Translations under genes and position numbers: made by a program | The notes under the pieces: generated by a model | What the model saw: only the letters and a program-made list of their open reading frames with translations | What the model was told of the DNA's origin: nothing | Databases searched by the model: none | Part shown: positions 11,402 through 25,254 of the stretch, piece by piece | Layout of the letters: each line of letters begins with the position of its first letter | Numbering within the stretch: the first letter of the stretch is position 1 | DNA from: Phyllosticta citribraziliensis | Lineage: Eukaryota | Direction: 5' to 3' | DNA length: 64,000 nt | NCBI RefSeq assembly: GCF_038025025.1 | Contig: NW_027117342.1 | Span: 496,001 to 560,000 of the forward strand

Positions 11402-12354
11402 TCACCCCCTGGCCTCCTTCTCTTTGCTGACTTCGAACTCGCAGTCTCGCTCACTGCCGCCCAAGGTGACTGAATCACGTCCAAGAGCCAGACTCTTGAC
11501 CGAGATGTTGGTGCCTGCGCCCTTGACGGCCTGCACCTCGAAGCCCTCATCCACGGGCTCGGGCTCCCGCATCTCCGTCTCCGTCTTCTTTTCATCCCAT
11601 CCGACTTCCTCCCTTTCAATTGGATGCGCTTCTTTCCAACTCGCGCGTAGCCCGGCGCTCCAACGCCAGCGCCTCGCCGTGCCTCGCGCCCGGTCCAGAC
11701 GCGACACCTCGGCGCCATCGCGAGCCTGCGATCTCCCCAGATCCGGTGCCGACGCGCTGGTGACGCCGCGTTTGCTGCTGCACAGCTCGCGCGCTGGGCT
11801 CCGCGGCGGGACGGGCGGCTTTTGCGTTTCTGTTGGCTGTGGGAGCAGTTGCAGGGGTGCAAACGAGAAGAGGGGCGGGATGAAGGGGGCCGAGGTCTCC
11901 CGCGTAAACGTCGTCTTGTTCCTGATGGTGGGAGTTGCGCTGGCCGAGGAGGAAAAGTCGTCGGTGGTAGCGACGACGGTGCGAGGGGAAGAGGGGGCTG
12001 AGGCTGATGTGTAGCCAGAGGGAGACGAGGCAAATGTTGTTGGGAGGGGAGGGATGGTCGGTTTGGGGAGGGTTTCGATGGCGGCCTTTTGGCGGAGGAA
12101 AGCCTCTCTGCGAATGTGTAAGTGCTGGTCGATACGTTTGATGGGAGACTTACTGCTCTGGTGTCAGGCCTTCAAGTTTGACGTCTAGTCGTCGAAAGTC
12201 GGTTGGCGATTGCTGCGATCATTAGCTTTGATCGTCGACAAGATGTGCAACTTACAATCTCCAACCCCCTTTTCCGTGGTTGGTAACAAGGAAAGATGTT
12301 GGCGGCCACCCCCTTGATATCGGCCAACCTGTCAAGCATCCACTGAGGAGCCAT
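11402..12354 (-). CDS. Hypothetical 3-exon protein (~287 aa), Pro/Ser/Thr-rich, with CRIB-like motif IQSPTDFRR
   Basis: Exons 12354-12256, 12212-12154 and 12107-11402. Both introns are GTAAGT..CAG with matching phases and join into one open frame that ends in ORF 11402-11707. Confidence 0.72.
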
Positions 12355-13044
12355 GATGATGATGAAGCGTCTAAGACCAGCTATGACGTAAAAAGACAAA
12401 CCATATGAGAAAACACGCTCGCTCAAGGACAATCAAAAACGACAAAAATGTTTGTTGGTTGAGATGGGAGCCGGTGGCCGGTGGCTTGATGGAGAGACGA
12501 AACAGGACAGGCTTGCTCGAGACATATAAACGGCCGAGCCTGAGATTACCAGATTCCCAAACCACACCAGTTCAGCGAGTTGCCACGCGAAAGGCCCATC
12601 CATTCCTTGCGTTTTACCCACTCTGGGCATTCTTTGGTTTTGAGGAATAAAGAAAGCGGCCTGCGTGCAATCACAGCCTCGGAAATGTTGGAATGGCCGT
12701 CAGAACTATCGAGCGGTAATGTCTCATCCAAGTGTCGGCTGCTGGACTGAAAACCTTGCCTGTACGCACTCCACACGACTTTAATGCGCACGTCTTGTGA
12801 TGTTTTTGGTTGCTCTGGGCCACACGAGAGTTGCGAGCGAGTTGGCGTGTGCCACCGTTCCTTGCAGCAGGGGCAGCATTCCAGCTTCGACACGCGCATT
12901 TTGAACGCGTTGCTCACTCATCTCTTATCACTTGGCGCGGCGCTTACCGCAAAAATCGGGTCAGGTGAGGACGTGTCGTCGCGTTTCGCAGCACCTTGCT
13001 TTGCACAACAGTCTGCGTCACCCGCAGACAAAGAGATTTATTAT

Positions 13045-14540
13045 CTATTTGGGGTAGTCCTTGACGTGGTAGCTCTTGAGCTTGACGAATAGGTCGAATC
13101 CAAACTTGCTGAGCGATTGGCCTTTGCCCGAGTCCTTCCATCCGACCCATGCAAGGTCCTGTACGAGTCAGCGATTTGAGTCGGTGAAACACGAGAATAC
13201 TTACCGGACTGGGGTAGTCACAACGGTTGACAAAGACGGTGCCAGACTCGACCTCGTCGGCCAGCGCATGTCCCTTTTCGACGTCCTTGGTCCAGATGCT
13301 GGCCGTGAGACCAAACTGGCTGTCATTCATGAGGCGAATGGCTTCCTCGTCGTTCTTGACCTTTTGCACGGGAATGATGGGGCCAAAACTCTCCTCGGTC
13401 ATGACCGTCATGGTGTGGTTGACGTCGACCAAGAGCGTGGGCGGCACAAAGTTGCCCTCTGCAGGTGGGTTCTTGAACGACTCATTCTCTGGGGTAGCAT
13501 CTTTGGCGCCCTTGTTTAGCGCGTCTTGAATGTGCTCGCGAATCGTCTCTGCCGACCTCTTGGAAACGACGGGTCCAACGTTGGTCTTCTTGTCAAAGGG
13601 GTCACCGAGCTTGTAGCCCTTGAGAACGTTTTGGACGTTGGCGACAAAGTCGTCGTAAATCTTCTCGTCCACGTAGACCCGCTCAATGCTGCAGCAGCTC
13701 TGGCCCGAGTTGAAGACGGCACCATCGACAATTTCTTCGGCTGCCCATGCAACGTCGACGTCGGATCGAATGTAGGCCGGGTCCTTGCCTCCAAGTTCCA
13801 GGCCAACCTTGACGCTAACACGGTCGCTGGCAGCACGTTGAACGGCGAGACCACCGGCAACGGATCCTGTGAAACACACGGCCTGGATGGTGGGGTTTCT
13901 GACCAATGTCTCAATCTGCGTGAGAGATCCGCAGTGAAAGTATTGAATGACATTTTTGGGGATGCCCGCCTCGACGAATGCCTTGAAAATGTGCTCGGCA
14001 CTGGTGGGTGTTTGTGGAGAGGGTTTCAAAATGATTGAATTGCCGGCGAGAATGGCGGGTACGACCGAGTTGATGAGGGTGAGGTAGGGGTACTACACGG
14101 TCAGTCGAGGTCGTTGTGGCGTGAGGGGTACTTACATTCCATGGGAAGAGAATCAACACTGGACCAACAGGAGTCTTCTTGATGTACCTCTTGAATCCCT
14201 TTTCAGCCTGTCCATCGGTGGTGCTCAAGGCCTCGTCACTAATCTTGAGCAGGTACTCGCCGCGCATGACGGCTGTCGCCACCTCCTTGGCAGTGTATGC
14301 GATTGGACGACCCATTTGCTCTGTAATCTCCTTGGCCATTTCGTCCTCGCGAGAGCTAATGTTTTTCAGAGCTTTCTTGACAATGGCCTGTCTCTCGGCG
14401 AGGGTAGTCTTTTTGAACGAGTTGAATGCTTCGAGAGCATTGGCTGGAAGAGCCTCGAGGTCGGCGTCGGACAAGCCATTGCGAGTGACGACCGGCTTGT
14501 TGGTGATGGGGGAAATGGTGGTAATGGTTTCGACGGACAT
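13045..14540 (-). CDS. NAD(P)-dependent aldehyde dehydrogenase
   Basis: MSVETITTISP start, with PWN|YP, ILKPS, FTGSVAGG, LELGGKDP, NSGQSCCS (catalytic Cys), EESFGP, FGLTASIW and WVGWKDSG motifs. Two introns. Confidence 0.95.
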
Positions 14541-16800
14541 TTTGAGTTGTTTGACAAACAATTCGAGTCTGGAGGGGCTTGGAGGAGCTTTGGTGTTGAC
14601 AGCTTCAGGCATGACGTCGCGGGGTCTCTTCGGAGCGTCATCGGCGCCGGTATCGCCGACCGCGGCCTATCAACACCATCAGACCATCGCCAGTCATCCA
14701 CATTACTACCTCGTGGTTTCTTTGCTGAATCCGGCACTCAGAGACTGCCAGGACCTGCGTTCGGCTTCCAGCAAAATCCAACGCTTCACCATCCAACCTC
14801 ACCACCGTTGCTTCAGCATCGCCTCCTGTTTGATCTGATTACAACGCACCTCGCCCGGATGTTCCCGGAAGACGTGAACAACACCACCGGCAGGGCTCGA
14901 GTCAGTCTCGTTGCATGATTGTGTGCCTGGATGCCTCGCATGAACATGCTGGACTTCAGCCAAGTCGGTGCGCCGCAGTCGTCCTCAGGACTCAAAACAG
15001 CGAGCGAAACTTGATACACAAAGGTCTTTGAATCTCCACCCTTGCGAAGATCCGCCAGAGGACGGGATCGCTCTCTTCCAACCTGGTTGCCGCCCAGATC
15101 TGTAGGTTGCAGATGCCAGGAGATGCATGTCAAGGTGGACAATTTCGACTTGCACCTCATGTTCCCTGTCAGCCTTGTTCGTGTGCATCTTCCCCGGACC
15201 CTGCCGACTGGCGACCATGGCCTCCTTGCTGTCCATGACACGGAAGCATTCGAGAATATTTCTGTCCGCTCGTCCTTCACACAGCTCACGGCCAGCAGTC
15301 GACCTCCAGTAAGCACGTTTGCTATGACGCAGCCAAGTAACCCCGCCAGGAGGATCCATCGGCTACGCCCCAGCGTTGCACGGAGGACCGGCCCCGGATT
15401 CCAAAATCGGCAAGGCGCGTGGCTCGGGTCGCATTTCTCTTCACCGAACTCCTCCAACAAACGTCAAAACCGCTCTACGCCCCCAAGGCTTGGTCAGGTC
15501 ATGCAATGCGTCTGAAAACGTTTACACCGCCGCCAGTGTCGTCGCGGTCGAAACGGCTGCCCTCCAAGTCTGCCCTCGACGTTCCTGCATGGCTACGGGG
15601 TTCCCAGTTGAAACGCGCAAAACGTGCTGGGTTGATGGCAGAGCTTCATGCTCAGAGTTTACAGGGTGTGGACACGTCGGGTGGGAAGAGGGTAAACCTG
15701 AACAGTACCTTGTAAAGCAAAAGCTTGGCTTCTTCCTCGAAAACTATTCGTTACTAGGCCTGTCGAAACCCCGTAAGGAGGCTTATCAAGGTTATTAACC
15801 GAAGTTGGATTCCCTCCCGGCGTGTCCACACCCTGTACGTGCATTGCGCCGACTGCAGAGGAAAATGGATCCAGTTTGATGAAGCACATGTCGGGGGGAA
15901 ACGGAGCAAGCTGCCCTCCATCGCCGACCGGCATCCCTGTACCACCACCAGCGGACTCGAGGCTGGTTCCAGGTCTGGGCCGCCCCGAGCAGACGTTATT
16001 TCGACTACGTGCAGACGTGACGGAGCGTCATTTTGCTTGCTGCGAATCACGACACCTTCCGATTTTGACCACGCTCACATGGCCTCAGCCTTTTGCAACT
16101 CGTGTGCGCGGATCGACGTCCTCTCCGCATTCCCCCGTACTCGTCCCACCTCTCGTTCTAGAATGGACGGACCCGTTGGGCCTTTGCGGGGAGCGAGCCG
16201 GTTTTCAGTTGCCGACGTAGATTGAGTTTTTGCCCGCTGCCGGTGTGCGCCGGCATTCGCAGCCTTGGTTGTCGGAGATGCCCAAGTGGACCTGGCCGCC
16301 ATGACACAGCAGCTGGGTCCACCCCCCAAAATTCTCACTGAATGCCCGTTGCTCGAGGTCATTTGGTCAGCCAATATCCTCGCTTATTGGTTTGGGCAGG
16401 CGTCTGACAATGGCGACCCTTGGCCTCTAGCCATCTGCCACTCCATCTCGTTTACACCATCCATGCTCCGCCCGTCCCTTATTCCTGATCTAGCGCCCCC
16501 CCGGCTCCTCGACTGCACCGCCGGCGATGACTCCAAACACAGCCAAGCGTCAACTCTATGGCAGTCAGAGGCACTGGTCTAGGGCCACGAGGCGTTTTGC
16601 TTGATGTTCCCTGAGCTGTACCCCGCGCACTCCGCGTTTGCCAGGTATATGGTACCTAGGCACACCGCATATCCCTTTTGACTTTCTATCCTGATATTTT
16701 CAATATCACGTTGTACAGATCCACCTCCCCTCGACGTCGTTCGCCCTCCTCGCATCTCATCCTCTGGATTCGTCTCGGTCTCTCTTCCCCCGAGGCGAAA

Positions 16801-19497
16801 ATGCTTTCCAACGGTCTCCACCAATACCATAATGCCATATCCGCCTTCAACCAGCTGCCGTCGTCCAATATCCTCAGCCCCGAGCAGCCCTTGTCGTCGT
16901 CGAGATTTCCGTCGAATGGTTTGGATGCTTTGGCCTCTACCTCTCAGTATGCGCTGCACCAATATCCCCACACGCCCCAGGTTTTGTCTGATGGCAAGAG
17001 CTTTGTCAAACAAAGACACCATCCGTACATAAATGGACCGGCATCCTCTGCGGCACGCAACAAGTCCATGACGGCCGAACGGTCTGGACGAAACTCGAGT
17101 GCTCCAGTTCGACGGCGAATCAGTAGAGCTTGTGACCAGTGTAACCAGCTGAGGACAAAGTGCGATGGCAAAGCACCATGCGCCCACTGCATTGGTTTGT
17201 TTTTCTTGGGGTTTTCTGGACCTGTGCTGACTGGGTAGAATTTGGTCTGACTTGCGAATACCTCCGAGAAAGAAAGAAGAGAGGCAAAGCATCGCGTAAA
17301 GATATTGCCGCTGCGCAGGCCGCAGCTGCAGCAGTGGTCGCAGAATCCGGCCAACATGGCTCACCTAGGAGGGAAGACCGTCAGGACTTTTCAACCCCAC
17401 AGTCCGCATCGTCCAACTCCATGCCTCTTGGAAACTCTGTTCAGTACGACATGAATCAGAGGTACGAATCGGTGAGCGACACTTCGGACGCCGGCTCTCA
17501 CCAAATGAGTGCGCCTACGGACATTGGATTGGCTACCCCACGACTCTCCAACAATGGGTTTGGCCAGCAAGTAAACATGTCTGATTACGGCTCCATGGAC
17601 GACTTTCGCGCCGTCTCGTCACCAGCCGTCAATGGGACCTTTGTTCTTCCAAGCAGTGGAAACGTGCCACACCACCAGCTCCTCACGACCAATGGCATGC
17701 CGAACTACAATGAGAACTTCATGCTGAGTCCAACGAGTCAACACGGCCAGAATGGGTTTCGTATGCAGGGCGAAAGTCCAATGAACAACTTTTTGGGCAA
17801 CTCCCCCGCCGAGACGTCCCCTGGGTGGATGTCCTTGCCGTCCCCATCGATGGCCACGCTCCAGTCCAACCGGCTTCGATATCCCGTCTTGCAGCCGCTC
17901 GTCCCCCACATTTCAGGCATTGTTCCTGTCGACCTGGCTTGTGACCTTTTGGAATCCTATTTCAAAAGCTCCAAGTCGACCTTTATGCAACCGGTATCAC
18001 CCTACGTTCTCGGGTACGTCTTTCGCAAGCGCTCATTCCTTCGACACAGCAACCCGAGAACCTGTAGCCCTGCCCTGTTGGCAAGCATGCTGTGGATAGG
18101 AGCGCAAACCCACGAATCGGCCTTTTTGACCTCGCCACCGTCCTCTCGCGGTCAAGTTTGCCAAAAATTGCTCGAAGTCACCATTGGACTCTTGAAGCCC
18201 CTCATTCACAACCCCGATGCGAGTACCAACACGGTCATCAACGGCGTCGCGCTTGGCGGCTTTGGGGTGACGGCAGGGAAATTGGACGACGACCAGGGGG
18301 CCACTCCTGGAGCTTCTGGCGCACTGGACGATATTGCGACCTACATCCACCTTGCCGTTGTTGTCTCGGCCAGCGAATACAAGGCAGCTAGCCTTCGGTG
18401 GTGGAATGCTGCTTGGTCCTTGGCAAGAGAGCTCAAATTGAGCAGGGAGCTTCCACAGCGGCAATCTCGCACCGAGGATGAGGACGCCGAGGGAGAGGTC
18501 GACATGGAGTTGAACATTTCATCAACTGAAACTGTTTCGGAGGAAGAAAAAGAGGAACGGCGCCGCATCTGGTGGCTGTTGTACACGATGGATCGCCATC
18601 TGGCACTCTGCTACAACCGGCCACTGTTTCTCTTGGATGTCGAGTGCGAGGAGCTCTTGCAGCCGGTCGACGAGACCAAGTGGCAAGCTGGGGATTTCTA
18701 CGAAGAACCTGACGAATATCGACGACGAGGTCCATCCATTGAGGTGTCGGGTCATTCGATTTTCGGCTACTTTTTGCCCTGCATGACGATTCTTGGAGGA
18801 ATAATCGATTTGGTGCACGCGCGAAACCACCCTCGCTTCGGCAATCGGTTTTCTGGAGATGATTATGCCACCGAAATCACCCAGCAGTTGGACACGTACG
18901 AAAGGAGTTTGAGTGAACTGGGAACGGACTCTTCACCGGAATCTATCATGCAGACTAAAATCGTTGTTGCGTATGCCACGCACCTCGTGCACACGCTCCA
19001 CATTCTTCTCAACGGAAAGTGGGATCCGATTTCCCTCCTGGACGACAATGACCTCTGGATCTCGTCGCAGTCTTTTGTGACGGCCACTAGTCACGCAGTT
19101 TCCGCCGCAGAAGCGTTATCTGATGTTTTGGAGTACGACCCGGACCTGAGTTTCATGCCATTCTTTTTCGGGATCTACCTGCTACAGGGGAGCTTCTTGC
19201 TCCTCCTGATTGCCGACAAGCTGCAAGGAGAAGCGAGCCCGAACGTCGTCAAGGCTTGCGAAACGATTGTGCGCGCACATGAAGCATGCGTCGTGACGCT
19301 CAACACCGAATATCAGGTTGGTCTCTCCGCTCATTGTCAAACCAGGCTAACCCATGTAGCGCAACTTTCGCAAAGTTATGCGATCCGCTCTAGCCCAAGT
19401 GCGCGGACACTGTCAAGATTTGTATCAACAACAGCGCCGACGCGAAGTCCTTGCGCTTTACCGCTGGACAGGCGATGGGACTGGTCTCGCCCTCTAG
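16801..19497 (+). CDS. xlnR: Xylanolytic transcriptional activator XlnR/Xyr1 (Zn2Cys6)
   Basis: [36 protein letters not shown] with an intron inside the zinc cluster; [62 protein letters not shown]-terminus [15 protein letters not shown]. Confidence 0.96.
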
Positions 19498-22400
19498 GGG
19501 CCCATCTTTTACACTTTTGGTTCGTTTACATTCTGCATTGATTGCGCGCTGGCCCGCGAGGCTAGGGAGTTGGAGTCGCATTTGAACGCAGGAACAATTT
19601 TTAATTACGCCTCACGATTAAGCTGCGCGCCACGAGCATAAACGACGCGAAGATTTGTTTTCGTCCCATGATGACGATTCATGTCATTATGACATATACC
19701 CCTCAACAGCTGGTGCTGTTGCAATTTTGTTGGAATGGTCAATTCAACTTTGAATTCCTTTTGTGAACATGAAGCATCTACAGCGGTTTGCCGCTCATCT
19801 CGCCCGACGGCTTGCTGTCACTCCGGCGGAGGTGGTGGCGTTGACGGGAGGCGCAAAGAAGCCCACCAGGCAAGGTGAGCAGCTTTGCACCGCCGCCTCA
19901 ACACCCCGGCCTTCTCACGCTGAGCTTGAACCATGCTTGTATGCATAACAAGTGGACAGCACTCAGCAGTGCTGATTATCCCGCCACCAAGTCTCTGTTG
20001 CCTTTTTCGTCCTCGTTTGCCTTTGACCCGACGGCGTGGACCTTTATTGAAAATAAAAGTAAGTCAGACCTTACTCAGCGGCCCGTTCAGACACGAATCA
20101 ATCCTACAGGGAACCATGTTTGTAGTGGTGTTTGCACGCCAAAGGTCTCGCCTCATTCACGCACGGCATCGCCGCGCTGCAGCACTCTGACTCGACCTAC
20201 ATCATGTAGGGACGGCATCGAAGGTTGAAAGAAGCAGGTTGGAACTTGCCGTGCTTTGCAAATAATGCAGCCCAGAAAAAGAACAACAACTGAAAAGGGC
20301 ATCAGAATCCCAGACAAGGGGCGTCAACCTTGATCGCGCAAACCTCAGGCAAGACAAGCCACTTCGTCACTGCATGTTGCCTGAGGCCGCCACATCCTGG
20401 ACTTCAACGACATTCCCTTTCTCACAAAACTCTGTCGGCGCTACTCGCCACAATCTCCTGTTCAAGAGAGCTTTCGATATCCCCGCCATAGTGTTGGGTT
20501 GGTTCTGCGCTATAAAAGGATCGACAGGGCTCACGGCAAGGATACCTCGAGTTTCGACCGACAGCGAACATTCTACGCTCATTCTCAGCGTTGGCGCTAC
20601 CGGCGTATCCTCAGGCCACACCGATATTTTTAGCGTCATTCACCTCGAGGTCCCAGAGCACAAACGCGCTGGTTCGCTTGACAATGCCAACTGGAAGTCT
20701 CGCACAACCATCGTTCCTGCCAGAAGGTCAAGCCGAAGACGAGGTAAAGGGGCATGTTTGGGCCGATGCTGGTCAGTTTCGGCTTTCCGCGCTCAGTTCC
20801 GGTTGCTAGCAACATCCCGTCTCGTACCGTATCGTACCGGTCCCTTGCGCACTAGTGTCCAGCGGATTGCCAAAAATGACCTAGCCAGCTGTTGCGCGAG
20901 ACGGCATCCCAGCGCGGCAACGGCCTCTACCAAAGCCCAATCACCGGTCGGCAACGACCCAAGGAAAGCTATACACTTCATGCCGCTCTTCTTCTTCTTC
21001 TTCTTCGTGCCTGTCCGTCCGGGTGGAATACGATGCCATCTGGTTAGGCAGAGAAGAGGCGTTTTCGATCTACTCTCCTTCTCAACCCCCTTTCTCCCAA
21101 AGTATGCCAACGGGGCCCGCCCATCCACCCGTCCGATCACTCACAGCTCAGATGGTCTGTGGGAAACTCTGTCTCTTCAAGGTTTCAGTGCTCCCCGCCC
21201 GCCGCATGGTTGCAGGGTGGTCGAGCTGGCGCACGTGTCGCGTCGGGTAGCTTGCCGGAGGTGCGAGTGAGCGGAGAGCGAGGGCAGGGGTGGAGAGGAG
21301 CGGGACGCCGATCGATCATGTTTCGGAGTCTATCTGCCCTCGCACTCCTCCTCGAGACCCTGATCATAGTTGGGTTGTCGGTATGGGATGCGCTCGCGGT
21401 CGATGGCGTTGGATGGCGTCATGAAAGGGCCGTCTCGCCAGCGCGCCCGCTCGTGGGGTCATGCCAGGACGAGCAACAAGCGCGAGAGGCGTCGTGGAGA
21501 TTTGCGGACATGCCGTCGCGATTACGCTTCACGCCTGCTCGATGCGCGCGGCCGCGCAAACCCTCCGTCGCCCGCGGGTCTGGATCGCAAATCGACCTTG
21601 TCGGGAAGCTGGTTGCGGCACAAGGAGGTGGTTGGGTGGGCGGCTGTTGCTGCTGCGCGCGCAGCATGCATCGTTTGTTTTGGGCTAATCGCTCGTCTCT
21701 GTCCCTAGCCCGGAATCGAGGTGGTGCTTCCCCGCCCGCTCGGCGCATATCATGCAACGGCCCACGACATCCCTCTCCCTGCTCCCGTCAAACTGACGGC
21801 GTCAAGCTTCTTCGAGATGCTTCGAGAATCTTCAGGAAGGCTTCGGGCGGCTGGCGATCTCAGGGGTTCAGCTGAGGGTACGCCTGCATCTATGCAGCTT
21901 TGCAAATCGAGCATTGGCATCGTTGCCATTTGTAAATGCTTGATGGGCGACATTTTTTGAGTGGGAGTAGAGCACGGGGAGCCTTGATGTGATGAGTTCA
22001 ATCATGGATGAAGGGAACTCAATTGCTCTTGTGCCAAGATTTTTCCAAATCGCCGACTCTCCTTGATCAGTCATCAGGAACTCCAAGATGATGACTGACA
22101 GGCTCGCAGTGCGCTGTAGTATCGTATCTCAGCTATCTGATCTACCCGGCCCGCTCTGCTCTCAAAGTTTGGCAGCCCTCCCGTTGGGCGAGTAGTCAAA
22201 GAGCTGCGCGCACGCGACTTCGTAGAAAAGACCGACGTGTTTTCCTTCGCCCTTATCCTCCCCAGATACGAGGACAGCGAGGGTCTGATGAAGATAGCGG
22301 ACGAGATAATATGCCGAAACAGGCTCGGGATATATCGGCACAGCGTGAGTGGATGATAGAAAGACCCCGCCTCCCGGCCAAGACCAAAGTGATCCTTCAA

Positions 22401-22784
22401 GGTCATTGAAAGCCTTTGAAAATATCGGCTCTAGACATGCCTAAATGCGTATTCATTTCGCGGACGGGTGCTCAATCCGCACAACAGCTCCTGCTACCGA
22501 CGTTCAACAGCCATGGAGCCGATGAGGAAGGGGGTCGGTTTTTGGTGGGGATGACGTGGAATGCATCAAGGGCCGAATGCTTCGAGGTATCGGAAGCCAT
22601 AGGAGGAGTGTGCGGTTTTGCAAACTGTAGTCGAGAGTTCCCAATTCCGGAGCGGATGCAAGTCGTCCTCTCCAAGGCTGATGACCGTCCGACCTTTGAC
22701 CCTCAAGAACCAAGCCTTCGTCCCAGTTTTTCGTGCTCTCCCCGTCACGCGGAAAAGCGAGCCCATCATGTTAGATGCATGGCC

Positions 22785-24152
22785 TCAATCCCTCAGTTGT
22801 CGAATCCAAGGACTAACACGGCTCCTCAAGTCAACTTCCGACTGCGCTTCCGACATGGAGTCGCAAGTGACGGTAATCTGCGTCGTGCGCGTAACTCGAA
22901 CAGGTGACGTTGCCGGCTCGACGTCTTGCAAGCGGACCTGCGAATCCGACTTGTCGATGCTGGGCATGGACACGCCATCCTCCTGCATTTTGTAGTAGCT
23001 CTCAGAGTTGATCCTCGCTTTGGGGTGGGATCCGGAACGCGTGCCGTAGCTTCGAGGGCCGGTCGACTTCTTTTCTCTTTGATGCTTGATGATTTTGGGC
23101 AGGCAGGGTACGCTGAGGATGAGGAATCCGCAGGTCATCTCGGCGCATGCCCAGAAGAGGAGTGGACCGATGTAGTACATGTTGTCTTGTGTCCGAGAAA
23201 AGATGACCGTGTGAACGAGGCGTAAGCAAGCCGAGATGCAAGCGCTGGTCATGTCAGCTTTGGGAAGTCACAGAATCGGGAATACTTACACCAAGCCCAC
23301 GCTGAAGATGATAGAGATGCCCAGTTTTCTCGTTAAACTCATTTGCAGGCTCCAAATGAATTTGTGCGGAAGCAGCGCCATGATGATATCGGTCGCAACT
23401 TGCACGCTCGCCGACGTCAACATGATGTTAGAAAAGCTGTAGCATTTCTTTTGGAGCCAGAATTCCCAAATTGCTTTGCGCTCAGAGCATTGGCCGTTGA
23501 GAAGTCCAATGCACATGATTCCCCAGACACACTGGAAAATGGAAATGGCCACGCAGCACCACCAGAAGGGATTGTCAGACCGAGAAGAGGGAACGAATAT
23601 TCGACACCAATCGAGCAGAATAGCCGTCTTCAACAGCGGCAGTACGGCAGAGTAGCAACAACCGTAAACGAGAATAAGCTAGGGGTATCAGCGCCGGTCA
23701 GCGGTCAGCTTCTGCAACTCACATAGAGCGGCTGAACGAGGTCCCCGTTGTGGAGATTCCACGTGTGCACGAAGTAGCCCGGCGTCGCGATCAAAGCATA
23801 TGCGGTGTACGCCGTGCCCCAGTAGGCCCCCTATCGCTTGTGAGCCCCTCATAATGAACCAGAAAGGACGACAAACGTATGCGCAAATCATCATGGCTGG
23901 AGCGAAGCAACGTCAGCCACGAAAGACCAAAAGTACGGGCAAGTTACCTTCTTCAACGCCAAACTTTTTCTCCACGAACAGCCGGCCGTACGCGCGGAGA
24001 AGGAAGAACATGGTCGCCACGACCATGCAGAATGTCGTCACGAACCACGCGAGGGCATTCTCATTGGGAGGATTGTCGAAATCCGGCGTCACGCCGTCTG
24101 GTGGTGCCAGAGCCGGTTGACGGAGGAAACCCTCGAGGTCTTCAGATGACAT
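22785..24152 (-). CDS. PTH11-like integral membrane protein (fungal rhodopsin/GPCR-like domain, no CFEM)
   Basis: N-terminal PALAPPDGVTPDFDNPP, then LRAYGRL, VHTWN, KTAILL, DIIMALLPHKFIWSLQM..RKLG and WACAEMTCGFLILSVPCLP. Several GT-AG introns. An alternative start lies at 24164. Confidence 0.88.
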
Positions 24153-25254
24153 GGTCAAGGACATGAGGACCTCGAATCTGCGCCGAGTGCTACATGGAAG
24201 GCGGGCATGCTGCTTTCCAATGGTTGGTGTGGTTTTTCCTCGCGACCCCTAAATTTTTTGTCTGATGCAAGGCGCAGCCAATCCGCGTAGGGAACGACTC
24301 ATGGAGTCTTGTCTGAATCGCCCGAACTCGTGAGAGGGTAGCGGGCTGCGGCTCTGGATATGACGTTGTGACAAACGTCTCCCGGAGGGATTCCAGAGGC
24401 AGACACGACCGGAGATTCTTCCCTCAACAAGACCAATTAGGTGCCTGTGAAACACCTATTCGTCATCTTGGCCAGTTAATTCGCATTTGAGAAAGTCGTG
24501 GCGCACAGCAAAAAGTGGAGCAACAGATAGGAGGCACTCGTATGTTTCAGGAGGATTTTGACAGCATTCGGGCTCCCTGAGCCGGAGCACTCAGAATTCC
24601 ACAATGAGTGATCGGAAGCAATTGGGCTGCAACTCGCGGAATTATGGCCGCGTGCCACGAACATTGTAATCCGGCCTCAATTTTTGAACAACGTTTTCGA
24701 CGAGCAGCAGAGTCATTGTACCAGTGTCCAGGAGGTTTGATGACTCGAGCTGTCCTGAATGAGTGTTGATCGGCTTGCGGACAGCACGGATGTACCCGTC
24801 GTCTCCACAACGACTCCTGGTTCGGGAACGGCATCGCGGGGAGTGGTTCCGCCAATTCGGTCCGGCAATCGGTTGCTGTTTGGCTGGTCGCGGCAAGCGT
24901 CCAGAGTCAGTCGATGAACAGTCTTCAGCAGCGGCGTCGGAGTTACGAGTGGGTCATGTGTAGCTGTGCAATTGGTGAGCGAATGCGGCACAGTAGGTCG
25001 GTACTCGGTGCTCGGTAAACCGGAGCCCCCAAATCACGCGTGTTGTGAGGTAAGATTCGCTCAGGTCGTGGGCGGGTTTTCTTCATTTTGATCTCAATCA
25101 GGGAGATCTTCGTCAGCGGGCCCCATGCTCACCTGCGTGAGACTGATGAGATGTAAAGATGTTCAGAATGTATATCAATCAAGCCTGTGCGAAGCTTGGT
25201 CTTGTAGGCCCGCAGGTTTCGATCCCTAACACCGACTTTTCTTAGTACTACAGC

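Noticed and set aside
19763..22700. Several 100-300 aa ORFs between xlnR and the PTH11-like gene (e.g. 20374-21270, 21159-21875)
   Set aside because: They are Arg/Ser/Ala-rich with random-like composition, and I found no motifs or consistent splice structure.
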